NCBI GenBank assembly: GCA_030141605.1
Contig: JAQGDQ010000035.1
Span: 248,001-312,000 of the forward strand
DNA length: 64,000 nucleotides
From: Tubiluchus corallicola
Taxonomy: Eukaryota; Animalia; Priapulida
Reading direction: 5' to 3'
Position numbers and translations under genes: made by a program. Positions 1 through 13,700 of the stretch are shown here, in pieces. Position 1 is the first letter of the stretch; the number at the start of each line of letters is the position of its first letter. The notes beneath the pieces were generated by a model. The model worked only from the letters and a program-made list of their open reading frames with translations, searched no databases and was not told where the DNA came from.

Positions 1-204
1 CGTACCGTATTCGTAATTAAAAAAACTTTCGTAGGGCAATATTATACGAAGCGCGAAGTTTTGCTAGACTGCTGCGTTTATACAATAGCCAGAGAGTACT
101 GCAATAGAAAGTAGAACAATAAGATCTGAACAAAAATGCCATAACATTACGTGAGCAATAACAACATTTTATGCACAGCATATTCATTTTATGATTTTTT
201 CCAG

Positions 205-3200
205 AATTTTTGGCACAAAATGTAGTCGCTGTTTGATGCCCATTCCTTCCACTGAGCTAGTCATGAGGGCAGCGGGAAATGTTTACCATCTCCACTGCTT
301 TTGCTGTGTGGTGTGCAACCATGTGCTTCAGAAAGGCGATCAATTTGTCATCCGTGAAGGCCAACTCTTCTGTCGACTTGATTACGAGCGTGAATTAGCA
401 ATGTTTGAGAATAGTCCAAAAAGTAAGAATATTAAATATTCAGTTAATTATATATAACCTTAATGTCAAGATTACTGCAGAGCCGTCTTAACTCATGGGC
501 ACACTGAGCAGTTGCTTGGAGTCGATAAGCATAGGTATGCTAATCTATGTATATTGTGAGTTGCTGTTAATACATAAATAAGTACCTAGTACCATACTAA
601 ATATTGCATTTGTGAAACTTTCCCTGGGTTGTACGGAAAAATGATTTCGGACAACTTGAAATCTGTGCTTTCCAATATTGAAATTGCACTCAGCGTGTTC
701 ATGTGTCTGATGGTGGTCAACTGTGCGCTAGAACGTTCATTTTCAAAACTGAAACTTATAAAAAAAATCAGCTTCGCAGCACAATGAGGTAGTAGCATTT
801 GAACTGACTTTCACTCGTGTATGAAAAATGACAACCTGAAGACCTCTGACTTCAAACCAGTTATAAATGTATAGAACATTTGATTAATAATAAATAATTC
901 ATAGTAATTACACATTGTGCCATGTCCGTCAGTATGGTTTACCAATTGAGTACCATTTATATATTAGAATTTTTGTGTTTTATAAAGGCTCGTGTTAAAT
1001 CGTTCAAACGTTTGTGTTGATGTGCAGCACGTTTTTTAATCTTTAAACACTGATTTTGTTGGAAGTACCAGTACAATAAATATATGTTAAATTTTTTCGG
1101 CCATATTTTTATTCCTGTGATTGGTTGCGTAGGTAGGGGCCCAGTGCATTGTTTTGCCCGCGGGCCTATAATGCTATTAAAACGGCTCTTATGATAGGCC
1201 TATTATTAATAATAGAGCACAAGAAAACATTTTTCATAAATGAAGCTTAAAATTCGTCTTGAAATTTTATACCACTTACATGCTGTCTTATTGCATACAG
1301 GGCGTACGTTAGCAGTAACGCTGTACAAAACCTAAATATTTAAGCTCTCGGGATGATCGTTAGGCGCAGACATTTTAACGGTATGTCATTTGAAGGAAGT
1401 TTAGATAACATTGCGTAAAGTTTGAATAAAGTAATCAAAGCATTTGCATCACACTCTTTTCTAACTAATCAAGCGTTTAAATTACCTTATATTGTCAATA
1501 AAATTAATACTGTGTTTTTGGTGAATCAGTGGTGCACACTGGGATGGCGATGCAGTGGCGCGAATGTTTTAAATTAAAAATCTTCTTTTCCAATTACATA
1601 AGTCTTTCAAACCATAACTTTGTATGGAAATTTCTTTGGGATATACTTTAAAAATCCATTTTCTTCCTCTTTAATAAATTTGAAACCTGATTTGAAAAAC
1701 AGGAAATATGAAAATTTGTGACACAGCTTGGATTTGAACCAGTTATATTTTGTTTACAAGGTAGACGCAGTCATCGCTAAAGTGATAATCCAAAGTTCAT
1801 CTTTTATGGCTGGCCTCCCAGTTCAGCATTTCCAAAGCTAGATTTCTTACGCTAGAGCGATTCTGATTAGTTACAAGATCTTCAATTAATTTTAATCGAC
1901 AAGCAGACAAATTAATTTTGGCTTCGTACCTTATTAAATATCCAGTGTTATTATCCAAATTCAAAGAGTAAAATTATCAAAAATTTTAAGTAAAGGTAGA
2001 ATAATTAAAAAGCTCGGTAGTCATCCTGTTAAGTACCGTAAGCATATTGAATATATTGAAATAAACACAATTCCTTGATAACAAGATGGGACGTTTTTAT
2101 TCGTTTCGTAGAACTTTTCCAGTACGCGTTCATTATCAATCCGGAACTTCTAAGAACGTGGAATTTAGTAGGCAGGCGCTATTGTTAGCAAAATATGGTG
2201 CAATAAACATTTAAAAGAAGAATAAATTTTGTGAAATCAGAACTTTTGAAATATTTTCATCTGTATCTTTGTCATAGCAAACTTAACAGTTTTAGTTATA
2301 GCATGTACACGATTTATAGTAGCCATTTGTTGTTTTGTTATTTTGTTACTTGATGTTACTTTGGTGTTTAACTTTATTATTTTGTAACATCGAAAACAGG
2401 TTTATTTTGATGAAATACATAAGATCAGAAAACATGTAGGCCTATATATGTCCTTTGTGTTGTTTATCACTGTTAACGCAGTTCATATTAAATTTCAGTT
2501 TAGTTCTAACCTGTTTTAAATTGCATCGCTCAATTATCGTTCATTTTGTAATTTTTTAAACGCTTCATGTTTATGACAGGTGATTGTAGTTCAGAAGACA
2601 ATGGTCATATGCGACCAGATGGCAGGAGAGGGCCAAAAAGACCACGGACAATACTGACCACCTCGCAGCGGCGGGCGTTTAAGGCTTCCTTCGAAATCAG
2701 CTCTAAACCTTGTCGAAAAGTACGGGAATCTTTAGCAGCCGAGACGGGTTTGAGCGTCCGAGTCGTCCAGGTGTGGTTTCAAAATCAAAGAGCAAAGGTA
2801 CGAGCAAAGAGTTAACTTTACTTTCAGTCTCTGCTTGTGCGTTTTTCATTCGAAATCAGTAGGATACAGAGTTAAGAAAGTAATACTTTTCATTAATGGC
2901 GGTCCATGTTTTTGCTTGTATCGACGAGGAGTTGAATTTCAGGTAACATTGTTGTTAATTTGTGTTTTTGTGGCTTTGAAAATTTAAATAAATTGCTTAA
3001 TGTTTTCAGATGAAGAAAATACAGCGTAAAAATCAAGACAACGGCAAGGGCGATAATCACAACAACAATAATAATAAAAAGAAAAGAAGTAAAGTCAAAG
3101 ACGAACCAGCTGATGATAATTCCTCAAGTAAAAACTTACGTTAAATATTTAGAGTGAATAAATGAAGAAACAAAATGAAGGAACAAGTGACCGACTAAAT

Positions 3201-4419
3201 GACGAACAATCGTATAAATACATACATGAATGAATGAGAGAATTGATGAATGAAAGAATAAACGAATGAGTGAATAAATAAAAGAACAAATAAATAAACA
3301 CATGGGTGAGGGACTAAATGGTTGAACGAGCGAATGAATGATTTTGCAATTTTTGAATGAGGCTTAATTTAAAAGTTAGTGTTAAATAAAACTATGGAAA
3401 AAAGACAACCATTTCTGAAATTGTTTTAAAAATTAAAACTACATAAAATTATGAAATCAGACGTTTACGTTATCCTTTTTTGTTTTTAATTTCAAGAATA
3501 CCGTCATATAGCCCTCTCAATAGTTCAAATCATAGTATTAAGAGCGCGTGCATTTAAGCCTAACAAATTTATTATTTTTAGCAGAATGTGCATCACCTAC
3601 ACCAGACAGTTTTCCTACCGTGCCTCCATCTAGCGGGGGAAGTAGCATTGATGAATACACACCAAATTACAGTCAACGAATTGACGAGAGTATGTCTTTA
3701 AAATTGCAAAATACTTCAAATGATAAAATATCTGAATCTAGAAGAATTTATAATGTTTATAAACTTTAGTGTAGAACTTGACTAAACAATTATTTACCCC
3801 TAGTCGTAATTAGCCGTTCAGGTCTAATACACGTAATGAGCAGTTTATCTAACTTAAATTATTCATTAATAATTATTTTGGTGGACAACTAGATAGCGTG
3901 CTCCTTCGCCCTCTCTACAATGTGATCTTTTAAATTTAAATTCATTTCGGTATAACTATGTTTAATATGCACTGATAATAAATATATTCTTGTCTTATAA
4001 CAAAGAACAATGTACGTAAAAAAGCCCAATCGTTTTTTGAAATTTCGTTTCATAAAGGAAATGGTGTGGAATCACTACAATATCGTTTGCAAAAATAAAA
4101 TGATGTATTCACAGTGTGGTATTAATAAAGTAGATTGTCAGCTAAAAGTGCATTTCTTAACTACATTAATGCTGATTTGCTTTTGGCAGATGGACTTTTC
4201 TCTTCAAACTGTCGGCCTGGTTTATATGGTGATGACATGAACAGTTTGGATTCGAGTTCTGTAGCAATGGACAACAGTCTGGATGCATTCGATGACGTAC
4301 TGAATGAGACACACAATCGAAATCCTTCCTTTACAACATTACATTGTCAACAGCAAGAATCAAATCCTATAGACAAGCTTTATTCCATGCACAACTCTTA
4401 CTTCACTTCAGACCAATGA
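205..4419 (+). CDS. LMX1: LIM homeobox transcription factor 1 (LMX1A/B-like), 5'-partial; exons 205-422, 2580-2797, 3010-3127, 3582/3585-3689, 4190-4419
   Basis: Second LIM domain (KCSRC...[11 protein letters not shown]...LFCRLDY), Lmx-type homeodomain [55 protein letters not shown]|MKK, and the Lmx C-terminal motif [14 protein letters not shown]. Junctions are GT-AG with consistent phase; the donor at 3127 is the least certain. The LIM1 exons lie upstream of the window. Confidence 0.96.
478..1190 (+). mobile_element. Internally deleted hAT DNA transposon in an LMX1 intron
   Basis: TIRs CAGAGCCGTCTTAA / TTAAAACGGCTCT. About 674-787 translates (one frameshift) as [36 protein letters not shown], the hAT C-terminal dimerisation motif. 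No clean TSD. Confidence 0.8.
1240..1680 (+). repeat. Dispersed repeat, copy 1 (second copy at about 43270-43730)
   Basis: Collinear shared blocks, e.g. AGCAGTAACGCTGTA, AGATAACATTGC, AGTGGTGCAC, CGAA(T/C)GTTTTAAATTA, TTACATAAGTCTTTC. Confidence 0.8.
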
Positions 4420-4669
4420 AACAATTAAGGAAGTTTTACAAAGTGTATTGTGATTTTTTTCAATTTTGTTAATTATGCTCATAAGATTTAAACGAGCCTG
4501 TGGTGTTTCCCCAATTTTTCTTAAATTATTTGGTTATCCTTGCTTATTAATATTATATTGTGTAAAGCATGTCAATCCACATGCAGCAATCTTAGGATAA
4601 ATCTGAACGTAAAATACGCAAAATTAACGATTTTAATATTTGCATAGTTAATATATAAGATATCAAATA

Positions 4670-4820
<151 letters not shown>

Positions 4821-5108
4821 AGGTATGAAACATAAAACTTTACACATCATCTGCCTATAAAAGTATTATTATTAATTACTTGCTGTATTAATACGCTCTA
4901 GCTGTATATATTGCGTCGTTTCAAGCTTCTTACTTGTGATGTGTTTGTTTTTGTTCAACGTAAATTACTGTTGTGTAAAAATCATCAACGTGTACATTAT
5001 CTATACAGAACAATGTTTTATTGATGTAAATCTAAATTCCTTTGTCGTCTAATAACGCATTCGAATCAACGGGCAACAAATAAAAATAAAACACGATTAA
5101 ATTAAATA

Positions 5109-5608
5109 TAAGATGAGAAACGTGGCCGAAAAAACGTTCCTCCACGCCATTTCCCAGCCTTTTATTCTGGCAGAGCCATTTGCAAAAGAGACACATCATC
5201 GTGTAACCCGCTTTCTCCTCTTTCCAAAGAGCCGTAAATTAAAATTTCGAAAGGAGTTTGTAATTCCCGACACAATTTAAATACCCAAACCTAACCGGGT
5301 AACCTTAACCTAATCTCAACCCTAACCCGCCTCACGAACTAATTTCTTGTGTGGGGAATTGTAAATTTTAGCCAAAATGGCCCTACCCTGCTAAGCGTCG
5401 CTACGCCGTTTTTTCTACACCCGTGTTTCGACAATGAACAAAAAACAAACTTCTAGCCGAACACTGTGTAAGAAAATGTGCTAGCGGCGCTCAGAGGAGT
5501 CTTAGAAAGAAGTCTCTGGAAAAAGGAGAAACAAGGCTACATCATGACGTAGGACAGGATGAAAGGCAACCTGTTAATTCGGGAAAACGTTTTTTCTGTA
5601 ACACCCTG
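5109..5608. mobile_element. Fold-back MITE (Tc1/mariner-like end), related to 6720-7131, carrying a nested insertion
   Basis: Shares GAGAC.CA..TCA..GTGTA.CCC..TTTCTC.TCTTTC.AA.GAGC with the 6790 region; right end ACACCCTG. Confidence 0.6.
5250..5380 (+). mobile_element. Helentron-associated (HINE/DINE-1-like) short element
   Basis: Inverted subterminal repeats TTTGTAATTCCCGACACAA / TTGTGTGGGGAATTGTAAA around a degenerate (CCTAAC)n array; a second copy lies reversed at about 55072-55197. Confidence 0.6.
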
Positions 5609-6719
5609 TGTAAAGCATGGATGATGGATCATTAAAACGTGGACCTTAAAGAGTGTGTCGGTTCATGGGTTTTCTAGCAAAATGGTTAACATCACGACAA
5701 ACTGATTTCCAACTGCATCTTATACGACAGTGTCAATGGTATTTTAGTAATTATTGAAGAATATTACACGTGTTTTAATTGAATACTTTGGACATCCCGT
5801 GTGGGTTCATAATTAATGCCTTCCACTACTGTACTTTAAATAAGATAAATGTCAATATAATACACTAACAGAAGTGCATATTATATATAATCAATTTATA
5901 TTCAACAGTAAACCTGAATAAACGAATATATGATGAATAATGATATTACAGACACAACAACTTTAGGCAAAAAATATTAAACTGCAAAGAGTCCTTAACA
6001 GGTTCTATTTCTTCATAAAAAATAGTCATTCAATACTAAACCTCCAGTGACCATTATTGTGACCAGTAAAACCACTCTTAATACAGCGGTCAGTGGTCTG
6101 TACAAGTAATATGATGAGATAGCAAACGTCACAGGATAGATGCTTCATAGGTCTCTAGGTTAACAGGATCTGTGGTCTCAATTAACAGTTAAGAAGTTCG
6201 GGAAATTTTCTCAAATAATAATAATAATAATAATAATTCAGGAAATTGTTGAAGACTTTAAACGATCACAGTAAGTTAGAAAAAAATAGATGTTAATTAA
6301 CTTTCTCATATACACCAGGCTAAAAGCATTCTTTAAACAAATGCACTGTTCTGTTAACTGCAGTCACTCAGTTACAGACTGTGTTAAAAGTTATTAATAG
6401 GTTTTAAATGCCCCACACGTGGCTAATTTCCGAAATATAAAATTATGGAATAGACTATAATGTGCAAACGCAAATTCGTGCAACAAATAAGTTATAAACA
6501 ACAATATAAACACTGTCACATACATCTATCAACAAGCAAACAATTTCAACACTGTGAGACATTATAATCCAGCATTGTCTAGGTTGTGGCAGGCTAGGTA
6601 CTTAGCTCCTAATCAACAATGAGATGGCACGAAACCAGCCGAGACAGAAATAACTGGGTCAACATAGCAGATAGAATGGGCCATAACATAGCCATAACGG
6701 TTTAGAACACACATATATA

Positions 6720-7131
6720 TAAGGTCGCAAAAAAATCATTCACCTAAATTAACTTGTACCCTTCGTCCTTATAAAGCCCTTCATAAAGGAGACCCACATC
6801 ACTGTGTAGCCCAGTTTCTCTTCTTTCAAAAGAGCTATAAGTTTTCCTCCAAGATCCCACCTCAAACGCCGCTAAGATGATTTTTCTACACAGTGCTTAG
6901 GGAAGAGCAAAAACGGGCGTTTTTGGAGGCTCTTCAACCTGTCGTTCCTAGAGGAACACCGTGCAGAAAAACATCATAGCAGCGCTTGGTGGGTCCTTGG
7001 AGGGAAATTTATAACTCATTGGGAAGAGAAACAGGGCCACACAGTGATGTGGATCCATTTCGAAAAAAACGCTTATGTCATGGATGAAGGGTTAGGAGTT
7101 AATTTGGGGGAATATTTTTTGGACAACCCTG
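6720..7131. mobile_element. Fold-back (near-palindromic) MITE with Tc1/mariner-like terminus
   Basis: The left half is an imperfect reverse complement of the right half (CCACATCACTGTGT / CACAGTGATGTGG; AAATTAACT / AGTTAATTT); right end GGACAACCCTG followed by TA. Confidence 0.75.
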
Positions 7132-8212
7132 TAGTTTATAATACAAAACAGTATTCAGAAGGGCATATTCGTTGAATAGACACTGCAAAAATATAGAGTA
7201 AGGCATAAACAACCTACAGTTAGTATAAACCTCACCATACCTAACCCTTTTTGCCATTATTTGAAACATCTATTTAGAGAAATTTAAAATTATAGAAATT
7301 CTTAAATACATATTATAAGTGTACATAATATCAGAAATTGTATAACTTTATACAATCTTATGTTTTTTGTGTATACATAAATGTTGAAGAAATACTACAC
7401 AGTACAAAGCACAAAACTACATCTACCATGCAACATCTATGTCAAATTTTAACTATTTAGCAATATACTAGTATTCAAAATATTTTTAATACATTTCCCC
7501 TTAGTATTAATATGATTAACAATAATTAGATTTTTGCTGAAGTATAATGTGTGAACTCTGTTGCCCTTCATATATAACGATTTTTAATAAGGGAGTTTAA
7601 AAGTAGTTCACTGTTATTTAAAACCTGCTACATATAGTACAGACAATGGGTAAAGAGAATTCTTATTTCTGATATTTTGCAAAACAATCACACAGACTGT
7701 AATTAATAAAAAAATGGCATTAACTCAATTTAGGAACAATATAGGAGATTAGATGCCAAAATAATCAACAAAACAACAAGACTGAGGACATTGCACATTA
7801 TAAGTGGTGTACTGGGGATGGTTTCGTTATGAAAAAGCATATACGTAATGCAAATCTGCCTTCCATACCAGTAAACACAACAGCAAGTGCTAGCCACTGC
7901 CATGTCATTTACTAAAATTTGACTCATAATAAACTAATTTATAGTGACAGTTGGAGATTTATAATTTGCAGGCACTATTAATCTTTAGTGAGCTGACAAT
8001 TTTTGCTTCACTTTTTTATGTTTTCTATACAAATAGAAAATTTTTTTTGTACAAAACTTCGATAAATTTCGAAAAAAAATTATAGTTCAGCATCACATAG
8101 TCTGCCTTCATAACTAACTAAAACACAAAGCAATTTCTAACCAGAATACAACAAAATCATCACAATAACGAAGTTTAGAAACGAAACAATGGAAATGCGA
8201 CCGTCTAATAAT

Positions 8213-8586
8213 AAGCCTTTTCACAGTTAAAGCGACTGATGGTGATCACGAAAACGTCAAAGGTCAAGTGTAACAGACATTTGTTGACACTTGACTCGAG
8301 GCCCATGCTGTTGTATTAGTAACAATTCTTGGCATTCATTTTCCCTTTAATTATTTCATTTTACACGGATTGATACTGTTATTTCGTTAGATGTTCTTGG
8401 ATAAGGAAAAAATGTTAGTTTAAAAGTATACATAAATACATACAAAGTATATAATAAAAATAACTAAGTGTTTTTCCAACGTGCATAAGGTCACGTGACC
8501 ATCGTAGTTAAGTAAGACATTTTGGGTTCGGTTAACTTTTGACCTACAGCAACTGCGCGTGCACATAGTGAACTGTGAAAAGGCTT
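8213..8586. mobile_element. MITE with perfect 16-bp TIRs
   Basis: AAGCCTTTTCACAGTT ... AACTGTGAAAAGGCTT; the inverted symmetry extends into flanking TAAT/ATTA. Confidence 0.85.
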
Positions 8587-10757
8587 ATTATCTAACAGGG
8601 AAAAGATTATGCTTGCAGATACTGACAACATGAAATGTATTCAAGAGTAGTTACAAAACAGATGCAAAAATAGTAAGCAGAATCCACCCATTAAATAACA
8701 ATTTTCAGTGCTTAACAAAGTGCTCAAATTTTGCCAGTAGTAGCTTAACCATATGGCAAACTGCCAAAGAAAAACTCATATGGTGCAATCTCGTAATGCT
8801 GCAGTATTCTTCTAAACGACATGTTATGTACTATTTTTGTATAACTTTCCCACCAGCTGTGGTTTGGTAAATTTATTTATTTATCTGTCAAGATACGTGA
8901 TGGCAGCACAATAGTTAGTAAAGTATGGCAAATTAACCAGCAGTACATTCAAAAAATCTTATCACAAAAAAGGTAAGGTTCCCTTATTTGCAAAAAACTA
9001 ATCACATCATTTCGTTAAATTGGGAAGCCACATCATATTGCAAAACCAATATTTTAGGTTTGTAGAATAAATTGTACTAGAGCAAAGACACAGAATCAAC
9101 TCTTGTTAACTCAACTGAACTCTCATTGTTAGTAAAAATGTAGGAGTTTTTCTTTTAATTGTTAATGGTACAGAAAATATGTAAAAGGAAATGTATAAGG
9201 GTAGTCAAAGATCGCAATCACATGTTAATGCTGGACAAAAATGTCCAAACAAGTAAGCATCATTGTTACATCTGATCTGAGAAGGTACAAACATTTAAAA
9301 TGTTTCTCAAAAGGCTAATCTGGGATTTTTGAAGAGTATCGAACTAACATAAATTTAGTTTAAAGGAAAGGACAAGTCACTTAGCATGTTGGGTTTATTC
9401 TACTGTTATCACTTAAACTTAGAAAAGCACAAAAAAGAAATTTGCAAAAAAAACTACCAAAACTATAAATTCTGAAAATTAAGGTACAGTGTACTGCCAT
9501 TCATTTGAAAATTATGATGTAACTGGTGGAATTTCTGACTTTTTGCAAACATGTGCTGCTTAAACTAATTCAAACTTCTGCAGCTTACCTATTGTTCATG
9601 CAAAAATATAACAAAATTAGCTATTTTGTTTTGTAAAAATTTATAATTTTAACAGAAATAGGGTTGACAGTGCCTTGCTTTCCTTCAGCTGATGAACGAT
9701 ATCATTAGTGGAAGAATTGGCACTCAAAATGGGAGCATCCAAGCGTGACATGATCATGACTTTAAAGTGATTTTACTATTTATTCGAGGCACTTATTACA
9801 CCTTTACTACTAAATCCTTTTAACACTTCTTGCAAACATTAAAAGAAGCCTAACTTCCCTGAAGGCCTGGCCTCTCCTTTAAACATTTTCAGAATTGGTT
9901 AGATCCCATAACCAATATACCAAGCATTGTTTGGGATATATACATCGAAGCTAGAGTCGAGCAAAAAGAAAAGGTACAGTGGCTTTTAATTACTGATCCA
10001 TGCAATGATATTTAACACCAAATTCTCAAATTCTTCCTATTCATTTACACGTAACCTGGAACAAATACAAAGCATCAGAACTAATTCTTTTATTACGTTT
10101 GGTTCATAAATGTACATGCACCAATCTGTGTGCAACTGGTGGAAGCCCAATTTAGATCGGTAAGAATTTTTGTGACAGTTACCAAAGTGTAAACAATAAC
10201 AAAAGCTGAATAAACTATATTCAGCTAATTTTCACTGAGCCCCAAAAATTAGTTGAATTACAATAACCAAAGTAAGTACTGTGTTAGAATCTTGACTATT
10301 TTTCCAAAAAAATCGTGACACGTGTAATTACTTAAATTACAGATCACAAGAGGGTTACTTTGTGAATGTTGAACGTTTTATTGTGTATTCTTTAAAAAAC
10401 AGTCGTTTTAGCTCATAAGTGCTTAACATTTCCTTGAAACATTAATGTATACTCTAAATGCTTTCAATTTAACTCTCTCTCAGTAGAGAAGTCATAAGAA
10501 CAAGAACTGTAAAAACCACTGGTTAGATCGAATAATTTCTTTTGAAGCCCTTCAAAATAAGGAAAAAATGAAATATGAAAAAATGCAACAACAAGACAAT
10601 AATGCACACAAGAGATATTGATAAATATTAATAACTAGGTAAATTATTACAGACATATACAAAAATATTTTAGTAACAGTGTGCCAATGTGAAACATTTC
10701 CTCAAAACCATTCCTTCAAAGTATTTTACCCCACTTTAATAAAAGTTAAACAACGGT

Positions 10758-13700
10758 TTAGTTGATGTACTCGATGTACGTCAATGGCACACGTCCTCGC
10801 TGACTACCACGTTCCGCAACAACCCAGTCATTGTTTACTGTACTCACTACTAATATCACCTGAAATAAACATGTGATACAGTTATACAAATGTAGATTAA
10901 AATAATAATAAGAAGAAGAAATATAATGATCTTCATTTGAAGTTGGTTTCTTGACGAACAATTAATATAAGCTCAAAGAGCTATCTGCGGACTGTGAATA
11001 ACAATTCTACAACTACATAATATAAACATAACTATATTATTACCCCACTCTTACCCTAAATACCACTCGTCAGGAAGAGCAACAGCAGGTACCAATTTTA
11101 AAGTTTTTGGTATGACATAGCCACAGTATTGAACTCACGATTTCTCAAACAGAAAGCAGACGCGTTATCACTAGACTATACCTACTGGATGACAGTCGCT
11201 ATACCCCATATGCTATTCTCTAAGGAAATCGCTATTGCTTTAAATACCTTCTTTGTTTTTTGGTTCGTTTTTTTCCTTTTTGGAAGATACTTTGCAAAAG
11301 TTGTTAAAGTAATTATAACAGTCATAACAATCAATAATAAATCCATCTAATAATAAATTCAAATAGCCACAAGAATCACAATTAGAATGAATCAAGCTCA
11401 CAAGAATGCAATCGTGCTGGTTTAACCTAAAACTGTTTTTACGTGAGATATAAGAAAGTGATTAACGATCAACATATATGGAAATTAGGCTTCAGATAAT
11501 TCAGTGAGCTACTTTATGTGCCACTATTATAGGAATCCCCTTTTGGACGCTTAATACTAACTATTGTCGTAAAATTCTTTTCACAAGAGGTCAACATGTC
11601 AAATAATGTTTTGTACTCAAAATTTGGTGCCATTTATTTTCCAATGATAAACCATATAGAAAAAGTGAATATTTTAAATGTTCTCAATTCAGCTTATTCT
11701 CTTCTACTGAATAGTATATAGTACAATCTAAAGCTGAGCATTTGTCACTGAGATACAGAAACCAAACGAAAAAATAAGCATATCATCATGTTCCAACGTT
11801 TTCTGAAACAAGATAATAATTCTCATTCGAAAGATACTAGATTCTATTACAGTAGGCGCCATTTGTTAGACTCACAGTTAATAGACTGAAACACTTATTT
11901 GACTCAAAAATGTCTGATGCGGCCGCTCCTATTCAAATGTAGATAAAAACTGTAGATAAGATCATTAATTGGCTCAAATAACTCCACATAACTGACTTAT
12001 TATTTTTACTTCACCTACTTAAAATAAGACTCTTGTGTGTGTCCAAAAGGCTTTTATGCTTTTATGCCATTTTAAGCCAATTTTGTGCACTATAATATAT
12101 GTAGAAACAGCCATGTTAGGTACAGCTTCATTTGTAAGCAAGTATAGTGTGTTTATCATATGCCCTAGTATTGTCAGCCTAGTGATTTTGCTTTGAATCT
12201 GCCACCCGCTTTCATTCTTTCTGGAAGCTAAACATTTAATCAGTTGCCCAGCGGTTTGCTTTTGAAGTTCCCGCTGCATTTCACAGGGGAAACGAGGTCA
12301 TTGCCAATTGCAGCTCAAGCACTAGGTGACTAGGTGTTTTGAGTAAATATGTGTGCAGTACACAGCAACAAATTTTCAAAGCTTTTATCATTATGAGAAT
12401 ATCATCATAAACCAACTTCTTTGTGAAGAAATGACGCAACCGACCTTGCATGAATTGTAACAATAGTCAGATTTGTGAGATTTTTTTATTTCCATTTTCT
12501 CATTAATTCACTTATATAAATTAGTACTTTTAAATAATTACTAATAGGAACTTTGACTCCATTAATTCCTTTTTAAAATTCATTTAAAGCCTTTGCTATG
12601 CATACTAAGGTGATGAATCATGGCTCACACTTCTATAGTAGTAATAGGTTACACCTGTCAGCTAATTGAATCAATCTGTTAATTGGGTCAAAACACTTCG
12701 GTACCAAAGTGAGTCTATTAAGCGACATAAAATGAATAAATACTTCGAGTAGATTACCACTTGATTAATGTCGATGAAGTGATATTCTACTATGCAAAAT
12801 GTGGTAACATCTAGTGAATAGAAAAAGGACAATTTCCAAGTCAATACAGCTTAAAAGCTTCATAATTTACACTAGGATTTCACAAAACTTCTTTTAATTA
12901 ATATTATGCATGTGCCATTAAAATGTAAGAACATCATTTTACATTGATCTATAGTGTCCTCGACGGCCCTACCTGTCTAATTACCTAACGAGACCTTCAC
13001 TTAATACCTTTCTTCCATGCAGACAATAGAATTTGCCAACCATAAGTTGAGTCCTTATACACACAAGTGTTAGCCTGTTAGCTCACCTCGTCGGCAAGAA
13101 GAGACAATTCTTTCCCATCTGCTGCATCATAATCATACAGGACTCGGGCTTTTCTCCCACCCGCATCGTTCCCGCCGTTTTGTGTAGGAATATTAGGATA
13201 CATGTTATTGGAGAGATTACCTGTTCCAGCTAATGCATTACTACATAGAATAAACAAAATCAGCATTAGGATGTACTTACAATATCAGGAAACAAGCTGA
13301 CATGGAAACAGTTACAGTGATTGATGATGATCGTTAAAAGGTAAAAAGTTAAGTGAACCTAGGCAACGCATGCCTCGCAGCCCATGCTAATGTAAAAGTT
13401 CTTGGCATTAATTTTCACTTCAGTTATTTAATTTAAGCAGATTGCTGCTGCTGCAATTTTGCTAGATGTTTTTAGATAAGAACAACATGATAGTTTAAAA
13501 CTATGCATGTGTAGTATGTAACAAAAATGTGTTTCACCCGTTTCACCTACATGTAGCTATATGCATAAGGTCACGTGAATGTTGTAGTTAACTTTTGACC
13601 TACAGCAACTGCGCCTGTGCATAGCGAAACTGTGAAAAGGCTTATTTAGTAGAAAATTAGTTTTTGGTCAGTCAAAGTTTTTACAATACATGTATTTTGA

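Noticed and set aside
1881-1920. Lmx1 autoregulatory TAAT/ATTA cluster
   Set aside because: Such motifs are expected by chance in DNA this AT-rich, and no conservation data are available.
3497-3534. Extra LMX1 exon ([13 protein letters not shown] frame)
   Set aside because: Its entry phase does not fit the phase-1 upstream donor, and the following intron would be under 50 nt.
5288-5328. Interstitial telomeric repeat
   Set aside because: Short degenerate CCTAAC units bounded by inverted repeats, with a second dispersed copy; better explained as a HINE-like element.
11043-11179. Functional tRNA gene
   Set aside because: Only degenerate A/B boxes, no cloverleaf, and it continues into a SINE-like core.
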